DNA from: Moniliella sp. 'wahieum'
Lineage: Eukaryota
Length of the DNA: 64,000 nt
Direction of reading: 5' to 3'
Assembly: GCA_003971905.1 (NCBI GenBank)
Contig: RSEE01000026.1
Coordinates: 248,001 to 312,000, forward strand
Both the position numbers and the translations under genes were made by a program. Every line of letters begins with the position of its first letter. The stretch's first letter is position 1. Of the stretch, positions 1 to 13,697 are shown piece by piece. Under the pieces are notes generated by a model. That model was not told the origin of the DNA. It did not search any database and saw nothing but the letters and a program-made list of their open reading frames with translations.

Positions 1-253
1 GCAGTGCCCGGTGGCCCCCCATTCGAGGCGAGAGAGTGGATCGATGGTTGACTGAATGGGGAAAATGATTAATCGATTAATGACGCCTGCATGGATGATA
101 TCATCTGACGCGTAATTACGCATTGGCCGCAGACACCGAGGAGGCATCGGCATCGGCCATCTCCACTCGGCACTACTCAACACTACTTCTGCTCCCACCA
201 GCGCCGCACACCCACACTTGGTCTGCTCGCGCCTCGGCTGCTCTCTTCGCCGC

Positions 254-352
254 TCGTCTGGCTAGGTTGGTCTGGCCTGGTGTGCTCTGGCCTGGTCTGT
301 GCTTTGGCCTGGTCTGTGCTTTGGCCTGCTCTGGCCTGCTCTGGTCTGCTCT
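254..352. repeat. Degenerate tandem repeat of (T/C)TGG(C/T)CTG words upstream of the kinase
   Basis: tctggcctggtgtgctctggcctggtctgtgctttggcctggtctgtgctttggcctgctctggcctgctctggtctgct, including two copies of a 17-bp unit. Confidence 0.7.
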
Positions 353-550
353 CTCGGCCCCCATCTCGCCTCCTTGTGTCTTTGCCACTACCTCCTGCTG
401 GCCGCCCATGCGCCTCCACTGCGCCCTCTCGGCGTGAGTGTATGTGCGAATCTGTCTGTCCCTGTGCGCGCCGCCCGTACCACCCCCGCACCACCCGCAC
501 CCACATCCACACCCATTCCCGTGCCCGCGGCCGTGTCGGCACCCGTGCAC

Positions 551-3500
551 ATGCCCACGCATATGCCTGACCAGGTGGGCATCGCATCCAATGGCGCCTC
601 ATATGCGCCCCACGACTCTGGCGTGCCTGGTCCATCTGCATCCAACCCAGCCACCTTCTCCACTGCCGCCCTCGCCTTGCTCCGCCTGGACGCACCGCAG
701 CCGATCTGATGCGCATGGGCCCACGTGAGTTCGATATCATCCGAAAACTTGGTGATGGCTCCTTCGGCACAGTCTTCCTTGCCAACTGGAAGTCTCCTCT
801 CCCCGACGACATGGTTCCCAGCACCATGCATACCACACGTGCCGCCGAATTCAAAGGAAAGCGCTGGTTGCCATCAAGCGCATGAAGAAACCCTATGCCA
901 ACTGGCACGACTGTCTTCGCCTTCGCGAGCTGAGAGTATGCCTGCCCCCTGCCTCCTATGCCGCCTTTCTGTTGCTAACCTTTCTCTTTGCTTCCCCAGT
1001 CACTACTCGAAATCCCGCACACCCTAATATTGTTGCCCTCTACGACGCTTTCCTCATGCCCGGCACCTCTCAGCTGCATTTTGTCTTTGAATCGCTCGAG
1101 GGCAATTTGTTCCAACTCACCAAGGTGCGCAAGGGCCGTGCTCTCGCCGGCGGTTTGGTCGCCTCCATTTTTTCTCAGACCCTCGAGGGCCTCGCCCACG
1201 TCCATGCCCACGGTTTTTCCATCGTGACATGAAGCCGGAAAACCTCCTTCTCACAACTCTTGGATTGGTCAATTACCCTAACCCCACCCGGCCTGGCAAG
1301 TTCGAGCAGGACGTTTCGGTCGTTGTCAAATCGCCGACTTTGGTCTAGCGCGAGAATTGGCATCCAAGCCGCCCTACTCAACCTACGTTTCGACACGATG
1401 GTACCGTGCCCTGAGATGTTGCTCCACTCCACCACATACTCTGCTCCGGTTGACCTATGGGCCTGGGCACCATCATGACCGAGGTGATCAATCTCGAGCC
1501 CTTGTTTCCAGGGTTTACCGAGCCTGCTCAGCTCATGCTCTGAAACACTTGGCTCACCTTCGAGTGAGTGGGGGGTGGATTCACGCACCAGCAGATCGAT
1601 AGGTGGTGGACCATGGCCTGAAGGGGAAAGGCTAATGCAAAACAATGGCTTGGTATGGCCCCGCTGCCCACCTGTCGAATTCTCCACTCTCTTTGGAACA
1701 AAGATCCCAACCAACTTGATTGCTTTGATCCAAGAACTTTTGCGTTACGATCCTCTGCCCGACCAACGGCGGCAGACTGTCTTCACTTTCCCTACATCCT
1801 TGAGGATGCGATTAAACTCCAACCCCCACCATCATCACACACAACGCGCTTCCCCCTCGGCGCCCCCACTAGGCACATCGGGCTCTGCCTCCACAGCGGC
1901 GTTCTGCCCTGCCATCCACCACACCTCCAGTTTTGGCTCATGCTGGACAGGCAGCCTCTGTTGCCTCCACTTTTCACCCCTCCGTTCCTGCCGTTGCGTC
2001 TGCCGTTTCCACTTCGTCTCCTAACTTCGCCAAGGAAGCCTGGGTTGCCGCTTCACAGCCCCCAGATCTTGGTAACAGGCGAACCAACCTAACGACACCA
2101 ACTCTGTCTCTTCGGTGAGGATAAGGAACACGGCAGCCACGCCCCTCTACGACCCATACCACATACCAACCCCCACACTCACGTATACACGCCCCGCTCT
2201 CCCCAAATCCCCTTACCAATCGCCCCTGCCTCGTTGGCATCCACAGAATCCCAAGGCTTACAGGCACCCCTCTCCACTGATATGAGTCACTACCCCCTCC
2301 GCATTTCATGGGTCTGCACCTTCAGTGGCAGGCGGTACGCCGGGCTATACGTCCAGCTCTGTGAAGAGCTTGAACTTTACGAACGATAAGGGTCCTGGAC
2401 AAGGACGTGCCCGCGCGTCCTGTCCCGCCGTACAGTGGGCCTCCGCTCGATGGATACCAAGGCGGCAGCCCCAACTCCCTTGGCCGCACCGCTGTCGCAC
2501 ATTGAGGAGAACCCGAGTCATCGAGATAATCTTTTCGATTCTCCACAGCGCCGTGATTATCATGGAAGCGCAGGGTACCATCCGCCGCCCTGGGAGTCAA
2601 GCCAGCCTCCCGAGGAGATGCTTGCGACACTCGATAGTCCAAGCCTAGTAGAACAAGAATATGCACTTGGGCCATCATCACCAGTCTTTTCGACTGTTTC
2701 CACCTCATCTGTTGGTGCAGGGGCGAGCCTTTCAGTTTTCTCGACTGGAATGACCGCTGCGTCTGCCGATGTGAGGGACCATGCACTCACTGGTCGTACA
2801 CGGACCATATGCGTCCCCAGCATCGAGTACGGGTAGTAGCTTCAGCCCAAACAGGGCGATCAGACCCGTTCCCTGTACACAGGTCGAGACCGGTGGGGGG
2901 AGACCTCAGTGCCGATTCGGCAAGCCATGCCTCAGTCACCACATGGCGGCCCACAGGCTTGCGCGACCAGCAGACCCAAGCGACTCATTTGGGTATCAAA
3001 GCACCTCGACAGGCACGGCTTTGTCAGCCGGAAGTGTATCCAGCTTTGATCGTGCAAGTGTGCAGTCGCACTGCTCGCACTTTTCTACCCTCTCTGGCCG
3101 CAACCATCGACGGGAGCCCCTATCAGAATGAGGCCGGCACGAGGTAAGCCACCCAGCACGCAGGGGTCAGTCGACTCTCAATTGCTTAACGATTTGAGCA
3201 ACCTGCTGGGACCCATGTCCATGCTTCGCCTACCATCAATCCTCGCCCTTTGAATGTCTCCCGAGCGCCGGAAAGTGGGCGCGCGATCGCATGGCCGCAG
3301 CCGTTCCCGTGGCGTATCGCTGTCATCTCGTTCGGGATTGCCATCAAGTCCCAAGCCGCCGCATGCACAGCACCGCCTCCATCCTTACCGTCCTTCCTCA
3401 CGTCCGCTCTCCAACGCATCCAACTCGATCCTGTCTAGTCCTGCTGTACCTCCGTTATCGCACTTTTCCCCACGCGTCACCGCGGAGACAGTGCATCCTT

Positions 3501-4182
3501 CTGATATACTGGGACTGAACCTGGACCCCGCCCCCTCAGGATCAGGATCGACCATGTCCTTTCACCCATTCCCTGGGAGCAATTTAACGCCTCCCCGAAT
3601 GATTGCGGGCCTTTCTCCTCTCCGCCCGTAAATGCAAGTGAGGGTCTGCGCTCGCTCCCTACGCCCGACATTTCACCCGCTCCAGCCGCAGTGATGCCGA
3701 CTGGATTCCAGGACATTCACTGTGCGACAGGGTGGGATCCAGGATCGCCCCCGGGATACGATCTGGACAACAGTCCACAACCGCCTCCTGCCTCAAGATC
3801 AGGGGCAGTTTCGTCGACTTTGGGTCAACCATTGCCTTCCCACTTGCAGTTTGCACCCTTCACCTCGATCCCGAACCTGAACCGCGCCTCTTCCGCCTCA
3901 TGCGGGTCCTTCCAATTCGGCTGCGGACTGCTATACTCTGACTCGCTCTTTCTCGGAGCAGGCATCCTAATCCTGTATTGCCCGGAAAAGGGACGATTGG
4001 GGGCATGCGCAGAGTGCGGCGGGTTTCTCGTTCCGGGGTTGATCGGAGAGGGACCAAGTGCCAACTCGCGCAATGTGCTCCCATATCCGCCTCTTCCCTC
4101 CTCTACATCCATCGTAACCCAACTTTCTTGGCGGTGCAGGCGCCACCCGCTCAGCCCCGACCAGGAAACTCTCGTTTTGTAA
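551..4182 (+). CDS. crk1: Ime2/Crk1/MAK-family Ser/Thr protein kinase with long low-complexity C-terminal tail (frameshifted; ends approximate)
   Basis: Joined across frames: [98 protein letters not shown]. Intron 936-999 (GTATGC..GCTAAC..CAG). Confidence 0.9.
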
Positions 4183-5066
4183 CCCTTTGCCGCCACCATA
4201 TCGCATCCATTTCCGTGCTCCCTTCTCGCCTTTTCGGGCGCCTCACATGTCATGCCCGTGGCTTGTGCCCTGTGCTGGGACCGCCCAGTTGATACCCTCA
4301 CTGACTTGCTTGCTAGCGCTATGCTTGGAGTTAGCAAGTGTTCTGTGCTGCGCAGCACTGCCTGTCTTCATCAATCGTACATGGGTGGCCATTATGGCCA
4401 TCATCATCGGAGCCCAAGAGATAGAATGGCTTACTGCTATATTAAAACCGGAAAATAGCAAGCTGAGTGAACCCCGTACACTCCCCGCCTTGTAGTATAA
4501 CTTGTGGAGACACTAGTCACTAGTCACTGCGCAGCCTGGGCGCTCAGCTGAGCCGCGGCCTGCCCCGGTAGCACGGACAAAGCGAACACAGCTTGGGCCG
4601 CCCAGACGCCGCTGCCGTTTCCCAAATCTAGACTGAGATGCCAGAGCCAAAAAGCTCGACTCTCCCTTGAAGCTTGACGCTGGACATGCTCATGCCGAGA
4701 CCCCAGACAGTGGCGCCAAGACTGCCAATGGCGACAGGTCCCGTGCGAGCTCCTGGCCACCCCGCACAGCGCGGGTGTCCCAGGCTTGGATGGCAGGTTA
4801 GTATCAAGGGCGCGGGGGCTGTGTTCAATGCGTTTAATGTGCTTACCCAAACACAGACTGACGTAGCCAGCGTCCCGTTACGCACACTTCTGCGGGTGTG
4901 TCCATTGCGTATATATATACGACACGAACACCGCGTGCCTAACGCTTAGGCGCCGTTCCGAGCCCACTGTGCCCACCCACAACCACCCCTCACCCCACTC
5001 ACCCTTGCTCCATCACCATCGCTGCCAGCATCTTCCCTTTGCTTAATATTCCTGGAATCCATCAGC

Positions 5067-6782
5067 ATGCTCCTCCCGTCACCCCTCAGCCTCTTGGTCG
5101 CCCTACTGGCCCTGCAAGCTTGGTGAGCGCAATACCCACCGCACGCATCGACGGTCGCAACGCCAAGCAAGCGGGCATCTCAGTACCTCTATATAAGTAT
5201 GACCGGTATGCCGCCCGCGGTGGCAAGCGCGGCACCCACGCTGCCGAGGATATTACATTGGAGCATGCTCGGAGTCAGGCAAGCTATCTGCGAACCAAGT
5301 AACCTCCCACAAACAGCCATCTCAATAGCAGCAATACCAATGCACCAAGCGCGCTAGTGCGCCCCTTACTGTCGTTGGCTCCGACTCATACTACTACGCT
5401 CCCGTTGGGTTTGGTACCCCGGCCCAGACGTTGGCCATAATCCTCGACACGGGATCCAGTACGTTTTGTGCTTATATTCTGTACACCTTTGTTGGTTACT
5501 CATATATTTATGCTGACGCTGACGTGCCTCTTACCTGTATGTGGCATATTACTCACTGCAGGTGACTTGTGGATTGCTTCCAATGCCTGCACCGCCCAGC
5601 CTGTGCCGACCTGCCCAAATTTGTCACGGGGCACTCCAGCACGCTCCAAACCTCGCACCAATCGTTTTCGATCCAGTATGGGCTCGGTGCTACTCGCGGC
5701 CATCTCGCTTCTGATCGAGTCGAATTGGCTGGGTTTGCTGTGGAAAACTTGACCTTCGCCCTGGCGTCAGAAGTGCAACAAGGTACTCTTTCTGCCCCTG
5801 CATCTGGGCTGATGGGCATGGGACTCCAAACCCTCAGCTCCGCTGCAGTGACACCCTTTTGGCAAGTCCTCGCCAAGCAAGGCTTGCTTGCCGATCCCGT
5901 TTTCTCCTTCCAGCTCGCCGAAATCAGCGTGCACTTCCACCTCGTTTCAAAGTCCAGGAGGCGTGTTTACCCTCGGCACGCTGGACTCGCGACAGTACTC
6001 GGGTTCAATTCATTGGGTAAACATGCCCCAGGGTATGGACAATATCGGATATTGGGCCTTGGAACTGGACAACGTCAAGCTTCAGGGCGAACGGTGCCGT
6101 ATGACTCGACGCTGATCGCTGCCATTGACACGGGCACCACTTTGATCGCTGTACCAACCAAGCTCGCCCAAGCTCTCTACAAATCCATTCCAAACGCCAG
6201 GGAGCTGCAGGGCGAGGAGGGCTTCTTTGTCTTCCCCTGTAACACCAAGGCCACTGTTGCGTTTACATTTGGAGGTGTATCATACGATGTGGACCCTCAA
6301 GACTTTAATGCCGGCGCTCTGGATTCGCGCGGCCAGACCTGCCTTGGCGCTGTGTTTTCCATGGACAACCCAATTCCCTACCCCCTCCGTTTGCGGCGAT
6401 GCCTTCCTTAAGTCCTATTTTACTGCCTTTAGCCTTTCACCCAGCCCACGAATCGGGTTGCTTCACTTAAAAAGCCAGGCTCCGCCCAAACCTACCGCTC
6501 CATCGCCTCTGTTGTCACCACCACGGACGCCCACCCCTCCGTCCAACCTACTGCCTCTGGGAAGAGCAATTTGCCCAGTACCGCAACAAACCAACAGGCG
6601 ACGGGGGATCAAGTTTACTATGGATCCGGCTTCCCTTCCCCTCTGGGACCGCCTCCAACGGTCAGGTACCCGCTACCGCTCTCGCCGGCACTTCCGTTCG
6701 CTCCTCTGCATCTGCACTAATTGGCTCGTCGGGGATTGTGGTTCTGGGCCCCATCTTGGCGGTGGCCGCGGGCTTGTTGTAA
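5067..6782 (+). CDS. Secreted pepsin-like (A1) aspartic protease with hydrophobic C-terminus, possibly GPI-anchored
   Basis: Signal-like MLLPSPLSLLVALLALQA. Catalytic motifs ILDTGS|SDLWIA (intron 5459-5561) and AAIDTGTTLI. Also FSIQYGLG, SGLMGMG, GDAFLKS. S/T/P-rich stalk and hydrophobic tail ending TAA at 6782. Confidence 0.92.
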
Positions 6783-7258
6783 ATGCAGTTCAGGCCTGCA
6801 CGCACCTTCTTCCCCTCTCCCACATCCTCATATTATTTCTTGCCGTGGACACTTTTACCTTTTTGCCGATGCTCGACAATGGATATGGACATTGAGTACA
6901 CCCTGGCCACGCTGGAATGACCCCGTATTTACATGGATACGGTGGGCTTCTTAGCGTCTCATCGCTGTTGCATAGAGTGCCACGAGAGAGAGCTATGGTC
7001 TACTATGGTCCGATAGGGGTAAGGGAAAGGATGAGTGCCATGGGATTTTGTTTTCGACTTCCGCCCCACCCAAGTGGGGGACGTGAACTCTGAGGGGACA
7101 GCGCCTAGCCCCATAGTTCCAGGCAGGCACATGCGCCCCGGAACATAGCTGTACGGAATCCAGCAACAACGACTGCCATTCGAGCACAACAGGCCAATCC
7201 CGCAAATGGGACCCCGAGCACAGACACGAGGCCCCTTCCATCGCAGTCAATAGGGCAA

Positions 7259-7866
7259 TTAACGGTAGCGGCGGAGAGAGAGCGTATCGCGCTTCTTGAT
7301 GGTGGCGTTCTTGCCACCGTGCTGGGTCTTGTTGAAGCGGTGACCCTTGCCCAGGCCACGGCTCTTCTTGCCCGTGGCAGTGAGGCCACGCGACTCGCGG
7401 TGCTTCTGGCCGACAATCCAGTTGATGCGCGCATCACGGCGGATGGCCTTGTGGGACGGGTCGACGGCAATCACCTCGTAGTACTTGTAGATACCATCCT
7501 GGTTGATCCAGTACGAGTTGAGGATGCGCAGGTTGCCACACTTCTTCCCCACGCGCTCTTCGGCCGTCGAGCGAAGGGTGCGCTGGTACTTGAGGTGGTT
7601 GACACCCTGGTGCACGGGCTTACCGTAGGTAATACCCTTGCTCACAGGCTTTTTGCGGTTGCCGCGGCGAACACGCACGCGGTAGATCACGTAGCCTTGC
7701 TTGGCCTTGTAGCCGAGACGGCGGGCCTTGTCGGGACGCGAGGGCGCGAAGCGCGGTGGATGGCATTGAGCTGGCGGTACTCCCAGCAGCGGAGGCGGAA
7801 GAGCAGCCGGAGCACATCCGACTGCTTGTTGTTGTAGAGGGTCTGGAGGTACGTGTAGGCACCCAT
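7259..7866 (-). CDS. RPL15: 60S ribosomal protein L15 (eL15)
   Basis: [91 protein letters not shown]. One indel, no intron seen. Confidence 0.98.
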
Positions 7867-7959
7867 CCTTGGCTGTGGCTGGCGTCTGGCGTCTGGCGAG
7901 CAGCAAGCAGCTGAGCCCCGGCAGAGCGCAATCCAAGTTGCGAAGAGAGCCGATGAAAA

Positions 7960-8077
7960 TAACCCTAGTAATTGATACGCCGCAGCACCGCCGTTTTTCG
8001 GCCTCGTCCGCCACTGCGCCAGTATGTTATCTACATCGTCTTCTGCGTCAGTCAAATTGGTGGAGATACTAGGGTTA
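7960..8077. promoter_or_regulatory. Bidirectional RPL15/RPL5 promoter with an inverted pair of TAACCCTAGT (telo-box/Tbf1-like) sites
   Basis: TAACCCTAGT at 7960-7969 and its exact reverse complement ACTAGGGTTA at 8068-8077, within the 285-bp gap between the two ATGs. Confidence 0.55.
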
Positions 8078-8151
8078 CGCTCATTGCCATATCCCCTGAT
8101 TCGTCTGCCGTTCTGTTGAGCCACCCCGTCAAGGCACCCATTCCAGCCAAA

Positions 8152-9042
8152 ATGGCGTTCGTTAAGCAAGTCAAGACGTCCGCCTACTTCTCGCGGTACC
8201 AAGTTAAGTACCGCCGTCGTCGGAGGGGAAGACGGACTTCGCTGCTCGCCGCGCTCTGGTGACGCAGGCCAAGAACAAGTACAATGCCCCCAAGTACCGC
8301 CTGGTCGTCCGTTTCCCAACAAGTACGTGACGGTGCAAATCGTTGCGGCCAAGATCCAGGTGACGTAGTGTTTGCCCACGCCCACTCCAAGGAGCTCCCT
8401 AAGTACGGCATCAACCACGGCTTGTCCAACTGGACTGCTGCCTACGCCACGGGTCTCCTGGTTGCCCGCCGTGCTCTTAAAAGCTTGGCTTGGACGAGAA
8501 GTACGAGGGTGTTGCGGAGCCCGATGGTGAGTTCACCGACGGAGGCCCTGGATGAGGAGGGCGCTCCCCGTCCCTTCAAGGTATTCCTCGACGTTGGTCT
8601 CAAGCGCACCTCCACTGGCTCGCGTGTGTTCGCCGCGATGAAGGGTGCCTCGGACGGTGGCCTCTTTGTGCCCCACTCGCCCAAGCGTTTCCCTGGCTAC
8701 GACGCCGAGGAGAAGGAACTTGACGCTGACGTGCTCCGTAACTACATCTTCGGCGGTCACGTTGCTGAGTTTATGGAGTCGCTCGAGGAGGAGGATGACG
8801 AGCGGTTCAAGAAGCACTTTGCTTCCTACCTCGCCGACGACATTTCCTCTGACGACATTGAGGAGATTTACGAGAAGGCCTACGAGCAAATCCGGGAAAA
8901 CCCTGACTTCGAGCCTACGAAGAAGGATGTGGAGCACTGGAAGAAGGAGTCGCTCAAGTTCAAGCAGGTCAAGCTCACCTACGCGCAACGCAAGGAACGC
9001 ATTGCCGCCAAGAAGGCTGCCTTCGCTGCTGGCGAGCTCTAA
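8152..9042 (+). CDS. RPL5: 60S ribosomal protein L5 (uL18)
   Basis: [111 protein letters not shown]. Confidence 0.98.
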
Positions 9043-9693
9043 GCTTCCTTGCTCTGCCAGGACCTTTATCTCCTCCCACCCCCTCCTGTCCCCTTCTCCC
9101 CGTCGGTATGGCCGTTGCTCTGGCGCAGGCGACGAGCATGCACTTTTCTCTACTGCCAGTGTTGGTCGTGGTCAAAACACAATCTTATGCATTGTATGCG
9201 CTCACCTGCCAGATGGGTGTATGGTTGGAAATGGCAGGTTTAGTAGAAGGGATGCTCTCGTTGGCAGCAAATTCTTCGCGATGCTTAGAAAGAGAGTCGC
9301 CAGGAGTGGTGGTGATGGATAAGAGATGTGGAGGACATAGTTGCATGTAATCATGGTAGTCTAGCCAAGTAGTCATGAGTGCGCTGCGGACAGCAAGGGA
9401 TTGGTTGCTGGCGAGGAGGGGGAAAAGTGTCATAAGGCGGACCCCTATGGGTGGGACTTGCCCCTGTATACTCTCCCTTCCACATGATGCCCCTGCGGGC
9501 GGAATGATTATCGATGACAACATCCAATGTTCAAAATGTTTATCGTTCAAAGCCGGAGTGGTTGGAGGTGGTTCACCGGTCGCCGGACACCGACGGACCG
9601 GACTGGTCACTGAGTACTGATTGGGCTTGCCCGTAAGATGCACTACTGTCATCTTAAGCACACCATCACGCCCACCCAGCCTCCCCCACCATC

Positions 9694-11538
9694 ATGGATG
9701 TCTTTGCCCGCCTGCCGGTTGAGATCATCTACGACATTCTCTCCGACCCTGTACTCAGCCCCACTGACTTGGCTCGGACGGAAAGGGTGGGGCGGCAATG
9801 CCGTGCACTGGTGCCGGATGAAGAGGTATGGCGTCGGATAGGAATCCGCACTCTGCCTCGTTCGCTTGCTGGCCAAGTCGTGGCCCTGGAGGATGTCAAA
9901 GCTGCTTGGAAGGAGGAGGACGAAACGCATGTCCTCTCTTCTGTCAGGAGCTGGAGGGAATATGCAACGCTTTCTGGTTCTTGCAGGAAGAATGGACCGG
10001 CGGCAAGCTCAAGTTGATCCACCTGCTCACCCGCACTGGGCAACGCTTCCCAGCAGGGATGTGGCCGGATGCGACAGGGGAGAACTTGGCCCCCGTGCAT
10101 CCACGTGACCAGGCATCTGTTTTTGGCATTTCCCCTGAACTTCTCATCCTTCCGCGTGCACGGATGGTTTTGTCACAAGGAACTAAGTGGGATTGGTGGA
10201 TGGTGCATCTGGACACTCAGGATGTGCCCATGGGAGTGCCACCGGGGGAGGAATTGCCTCCAATATGGTTCGTTATCTGTCTAGGGACGTTTCTGGAGAC
10301 TATCTGGTCGTCGCCTACACATTGCCTTGTGGACGAGGAACAAGCCGACGTACAACATCCTCGCAGTCAAGGTTTATAAGTATGACCCTGTTCAAGGTTA
10401 CCGCTTCCATGTGGACCTAGATCTGGACAAGGTCATAGCGGACGAGATGGGACTGTGGTGGCTCGTCTCCGGAATGATGACGAGGTTGTATTGTACGGCT
10501 GGATCCCCTTACGTTCGCGTCTGCTGAGGAATAGCTAACCCCAAAGTGCAGGGTGCATAGCACGGGATGGCTAACTTCTGGTCTAACGAGACTGGCGCGC
10601 TTCATCGCGCAGTTGATATTCCCTTGGACCGTGTGATGGAAATGACGGTTAGTTTATCCGGCAACATACTCTGCGTTGGCGTGCCCATGTCGATTCAAGA
10701 ATTGTGCGGTTACAATCTTAATGGTCAACGTCTCTGGCGATTGGAGGATAATGCCTCCCACGCCAATTTACAACCTGCAGCTAGCAAAACCAGGCTCACC
10801 GCTCGTGGTAACGCTGGCCAAAGGTGTACAGGTACGTTGAATCACAGCTCTTCTCTCCCATTAACTGATTACCATGCTATTGGAGGAACCTCCCTGCGCT
10901 TCCGTCCTGCATTCTTCCGGATGGCTGGGAACATGCTCATCATCATCACGGAGCAGGATGTGGTACTTCTTCTTCTTCCGTCAGATATGAGTCCCAGTGG
11001 TCTATGCGCCTGCTACCGCTTAGATGAATTGTTTAAAGGTCGACCATTTTCATCAGGAACGGGGGACTTGGCGCTTGATGCCCTTGGGACGCGGGCCGTC
11101 CTCAGCACCACCGCGGGTGTGGTGGTGGTTATCGAATGGGGCAGTGCACAAGCGACGCTCAATCCGGAAGCATTGCACGCGTACACGATTGACTATCTTT
11201 CCCTCTCGCGATGGGAACCCGGATACGCACAAGCACAAGCAGATGTGTTGCAACAAGTGCAGGAGGAATGCGACTCTCCCTTTCCGAATGTCTTTCGTGT
11301 TGCTATCACGCCCCCTGTGTGTATCTGCACTTGCACCACTGGCAAATGGTTGGAGACCGGTCTTTTGTCTTATGTTGGGATCTTATGGGCCCCGCCTTGC
11401 GTCGTCTCAGTCATTCCCAGTACCAAGAGTACGTTCGGCCCAAGACTATCCTTTCGCCCGCAACTCTTTGCACGGGTAGTAGAATGCGATGAGTGGGAAA
11501 ACATACAACTATATATTAGTTGGCTTCCATATTGTTAA
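9694..11538 (+). CDS. F-box domain protein
   Basis: N-terminal F-box-like MDVFARLPVEIIYDILSDPVLSPTDLARTERVGRQCRALVPDEEVWRRI. Continues through overlapping ORFs 9828-10527 and 10567-11538. Probable intron ~10513-10551 (GCTAAC..CAG). Confidence 0.7.
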
Positions 11539-12477
11539 CGACTTGGATAATAGGAGGGGGGCTTCCCCAGTGTATGTGGTTAAACGGGCGTAAGAGTTAT
11601 CGCCTCTGTCAATGACTTCCGAAGATGCAGTATCAGATAGGAACGACAAGGTCGGGCAGATATCTCACAAGAGGGAGGTCCACAATAAACATGGTAAGGC
11701 ATAGGGAATAGATGCATCGTGCAAGAAAAATGTAGCATGAGAGAAACGACGAACCGGCCATCCATTCATTCCGGATACAATACCTGGGGGGTATGAAGGT
11801 CAAAGTGTAGTGCGCTGCCTTTTGGGATATGCGGTCAGCCGCACATCAAAGGACAGCCTTACGCTTCCAGCAAGATAATTTCTCCCACTCTGGATCAGCA
11901 CCTGAGGGGATAGTCTGAACCGTGCTGGGACACGCCGAGAAAGACTGTGGGGAAAGGTCAGAGAGTGGGAAAGTGCTCCGGGTAGTAGTCCTGCGGTTCA
12001 AGGGACAACAGCAGAGCCGTTGGAATAGTATATTGCTGAACCGCCGAACTTTACGGAGGACGTTGAGGATGCTGGACCTATGGAGGACATTGAATAGGCA
12101 GGCGTGAAGATTGAAGGCTGGAGTGTTGGGAACACTCGTGGATCATTCGGGATCATTGCAAATCAGTCTTCAGACCAAAGGCGTGAAGGCGAAGTGGTGA
12201 GTGGTGGCCGGTGAGCCCGGTGAGCCGCATGATGTTTTCAAGCAAAAAAATAATCGACGGCGATAATCGATAAGACTTCACTCTTCGCTCGTAATCGATA
12301 GGTGACCGGTAACCGGGGGTAACCAGCAACCCTCCATCAGTGCACCTACCAGCGGAACTGGCGGAATAGGGCAATTAAGCGCCATGCGCCACCACGTCAA
12401 GTTGGCTTGTGCCCAGCCAAATGAGGCCGAGAGGCTGAGCCGCCATCGTCGCTGCTCTTGCTCCACCGTCTGCCGCC

Positions 12478-12906
12478 ATGTCCTCTGATGCCGCCCGCGT
12501 TGAGCGTCAAATCTCGATTCAATCTGGGGTTGTCAAGCGCCTAACCAGGAGGGTGGGTTACTACAAGTCGGAATCCGCTTCTGAGCAAGCCACGCTGGCA
12601 AGTGGGAACAAGGGGGATACGATGAGCCCAAGCTTCGTCAGCAACGCACCGTTGTCGCCCAAGCGCGCGCCATGATCCCCGACACTGCGCAACGACTTGA
12701 GGCGGCTGTTACTAACATCAAGACTCTTCTAGTACGTTCCAGTTTACTTCTTTTGTCGCCCAAGCTGACTGCCATTTCTACTGGCCTCCACAGGACAATT
12801 CTGTTGCGGACCCTGCCGTGGCGAAAGTGAAGCGGTGGCCAACGCGACACAACTCCTTGCGACGGCCGAGGCCGTGCTCAAGGAGCATGCAACGTCCAGT
12901 TCTTGA
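12478..12906 (+). CDS. RBL2: Tubulin-binding cofactor A (TBCA/Rbl2 family)
   Basis: RQISIQSGVVKRLT..GYYKSE..KLRQQRTV..RAMIPDTAQRLEAAVTNIKTLL. Intron 12732-12793 (GTACGT..GCTGAC..CAG). Confidence 0.85.
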
Positions 12907-13340
12907 ATCCTTGCTCATTGTTGCCATGGCTGGGAACTTATTTTTGCACGAGTTGTGTTGTGAGCTCCTTCACAACTTGCCGTGCCTGCAATTATGTGAT
13001 TAACCCATTGTGGGGAAGCTAGGCTCACACAGAGTATAACTTTGGAAGGCAGAAGCATCGCCTATAACCAGCTGAGGCACACGCGCAAGGACAATAGTGG
13101 AAGGATGATGCATAAAATACACGTTGCAGAGCAGGAAAGGAGGAGGAAAGAGCCAGGTAAAGGCGAAGACGCTGTGTAGAGCAGAGTGAAGTCAGCACCA
13201 TCGTTCAATGAGCACACACGCAAACGGCAAGAGGGATCAGACAAGAATTTGTCGCCAAGGTAACCGTGAAAAGGGCCTCAGTAGTCTAACATGTATGATA
13301 AAAAACATCATAGAAAGGATGGGCCCGAGTGCAGCAATTA

Positions 13341-13697
13341 TCAAACGTACGGGTAATAACAATGGCAACCTGTGCGCTGCTTGAGTGGGTGACCCAAATA
13401 GACACAGAGGGTCCGAGGTGACACGTTACTTGCTAGGGGCAATTTCGATCCGCGATGCCTTGCAGCTGACGATAGGGGTACCTTTTCCCCGGCTTGACAT
13501 GGAAGCGGCGCACGGATCACTTGCTGTTCTCGATCGTCGAGAGCCACTTGTCCGTGGCCCAAGGGCCGGGCAGGGCATGGCAGTGCGGGTGAGGCAGCCA
13601 CCACACCCACAGCAGCAACAAACGTAGCGCCGAACACAAGACTGGTCACAGCACGTTTATTACGCGGCTTGGTGGCTAACCGCAAGAAAGAAGTCAT
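13341..13697 (-). CDS. Small mitochondrial protein, Coa2-like cytochrome c oxidase assembly factor (3' end uncertain)
   Basis: MTSFLRLATKPRNKRAVTSLVFGATFVAAVGVVAASPALPCPARP: basic stretch, hydrophobic segment and LPCPA motif as recalled for yeast Coa2. Confidence 0.6.
   Translation of the reverse strand: MTSFLRLATKPRNKRAVTSLVFGATFVAAVGVVAASPALPCPARPLGHGQVALDDREQQVIRAPLPCQAGEKVPLSSAARHRGSKLPLASNVSPRTLCVYLGHPLKQRTGCHCYYPYV

Noticed and set aside
7319..8988. Long antisense ORFs overlapping RPL15 and RPL5 (and similar ones over other genes)
   Set aside because: Shadow ORFs caused by strong GC3 codon bias.
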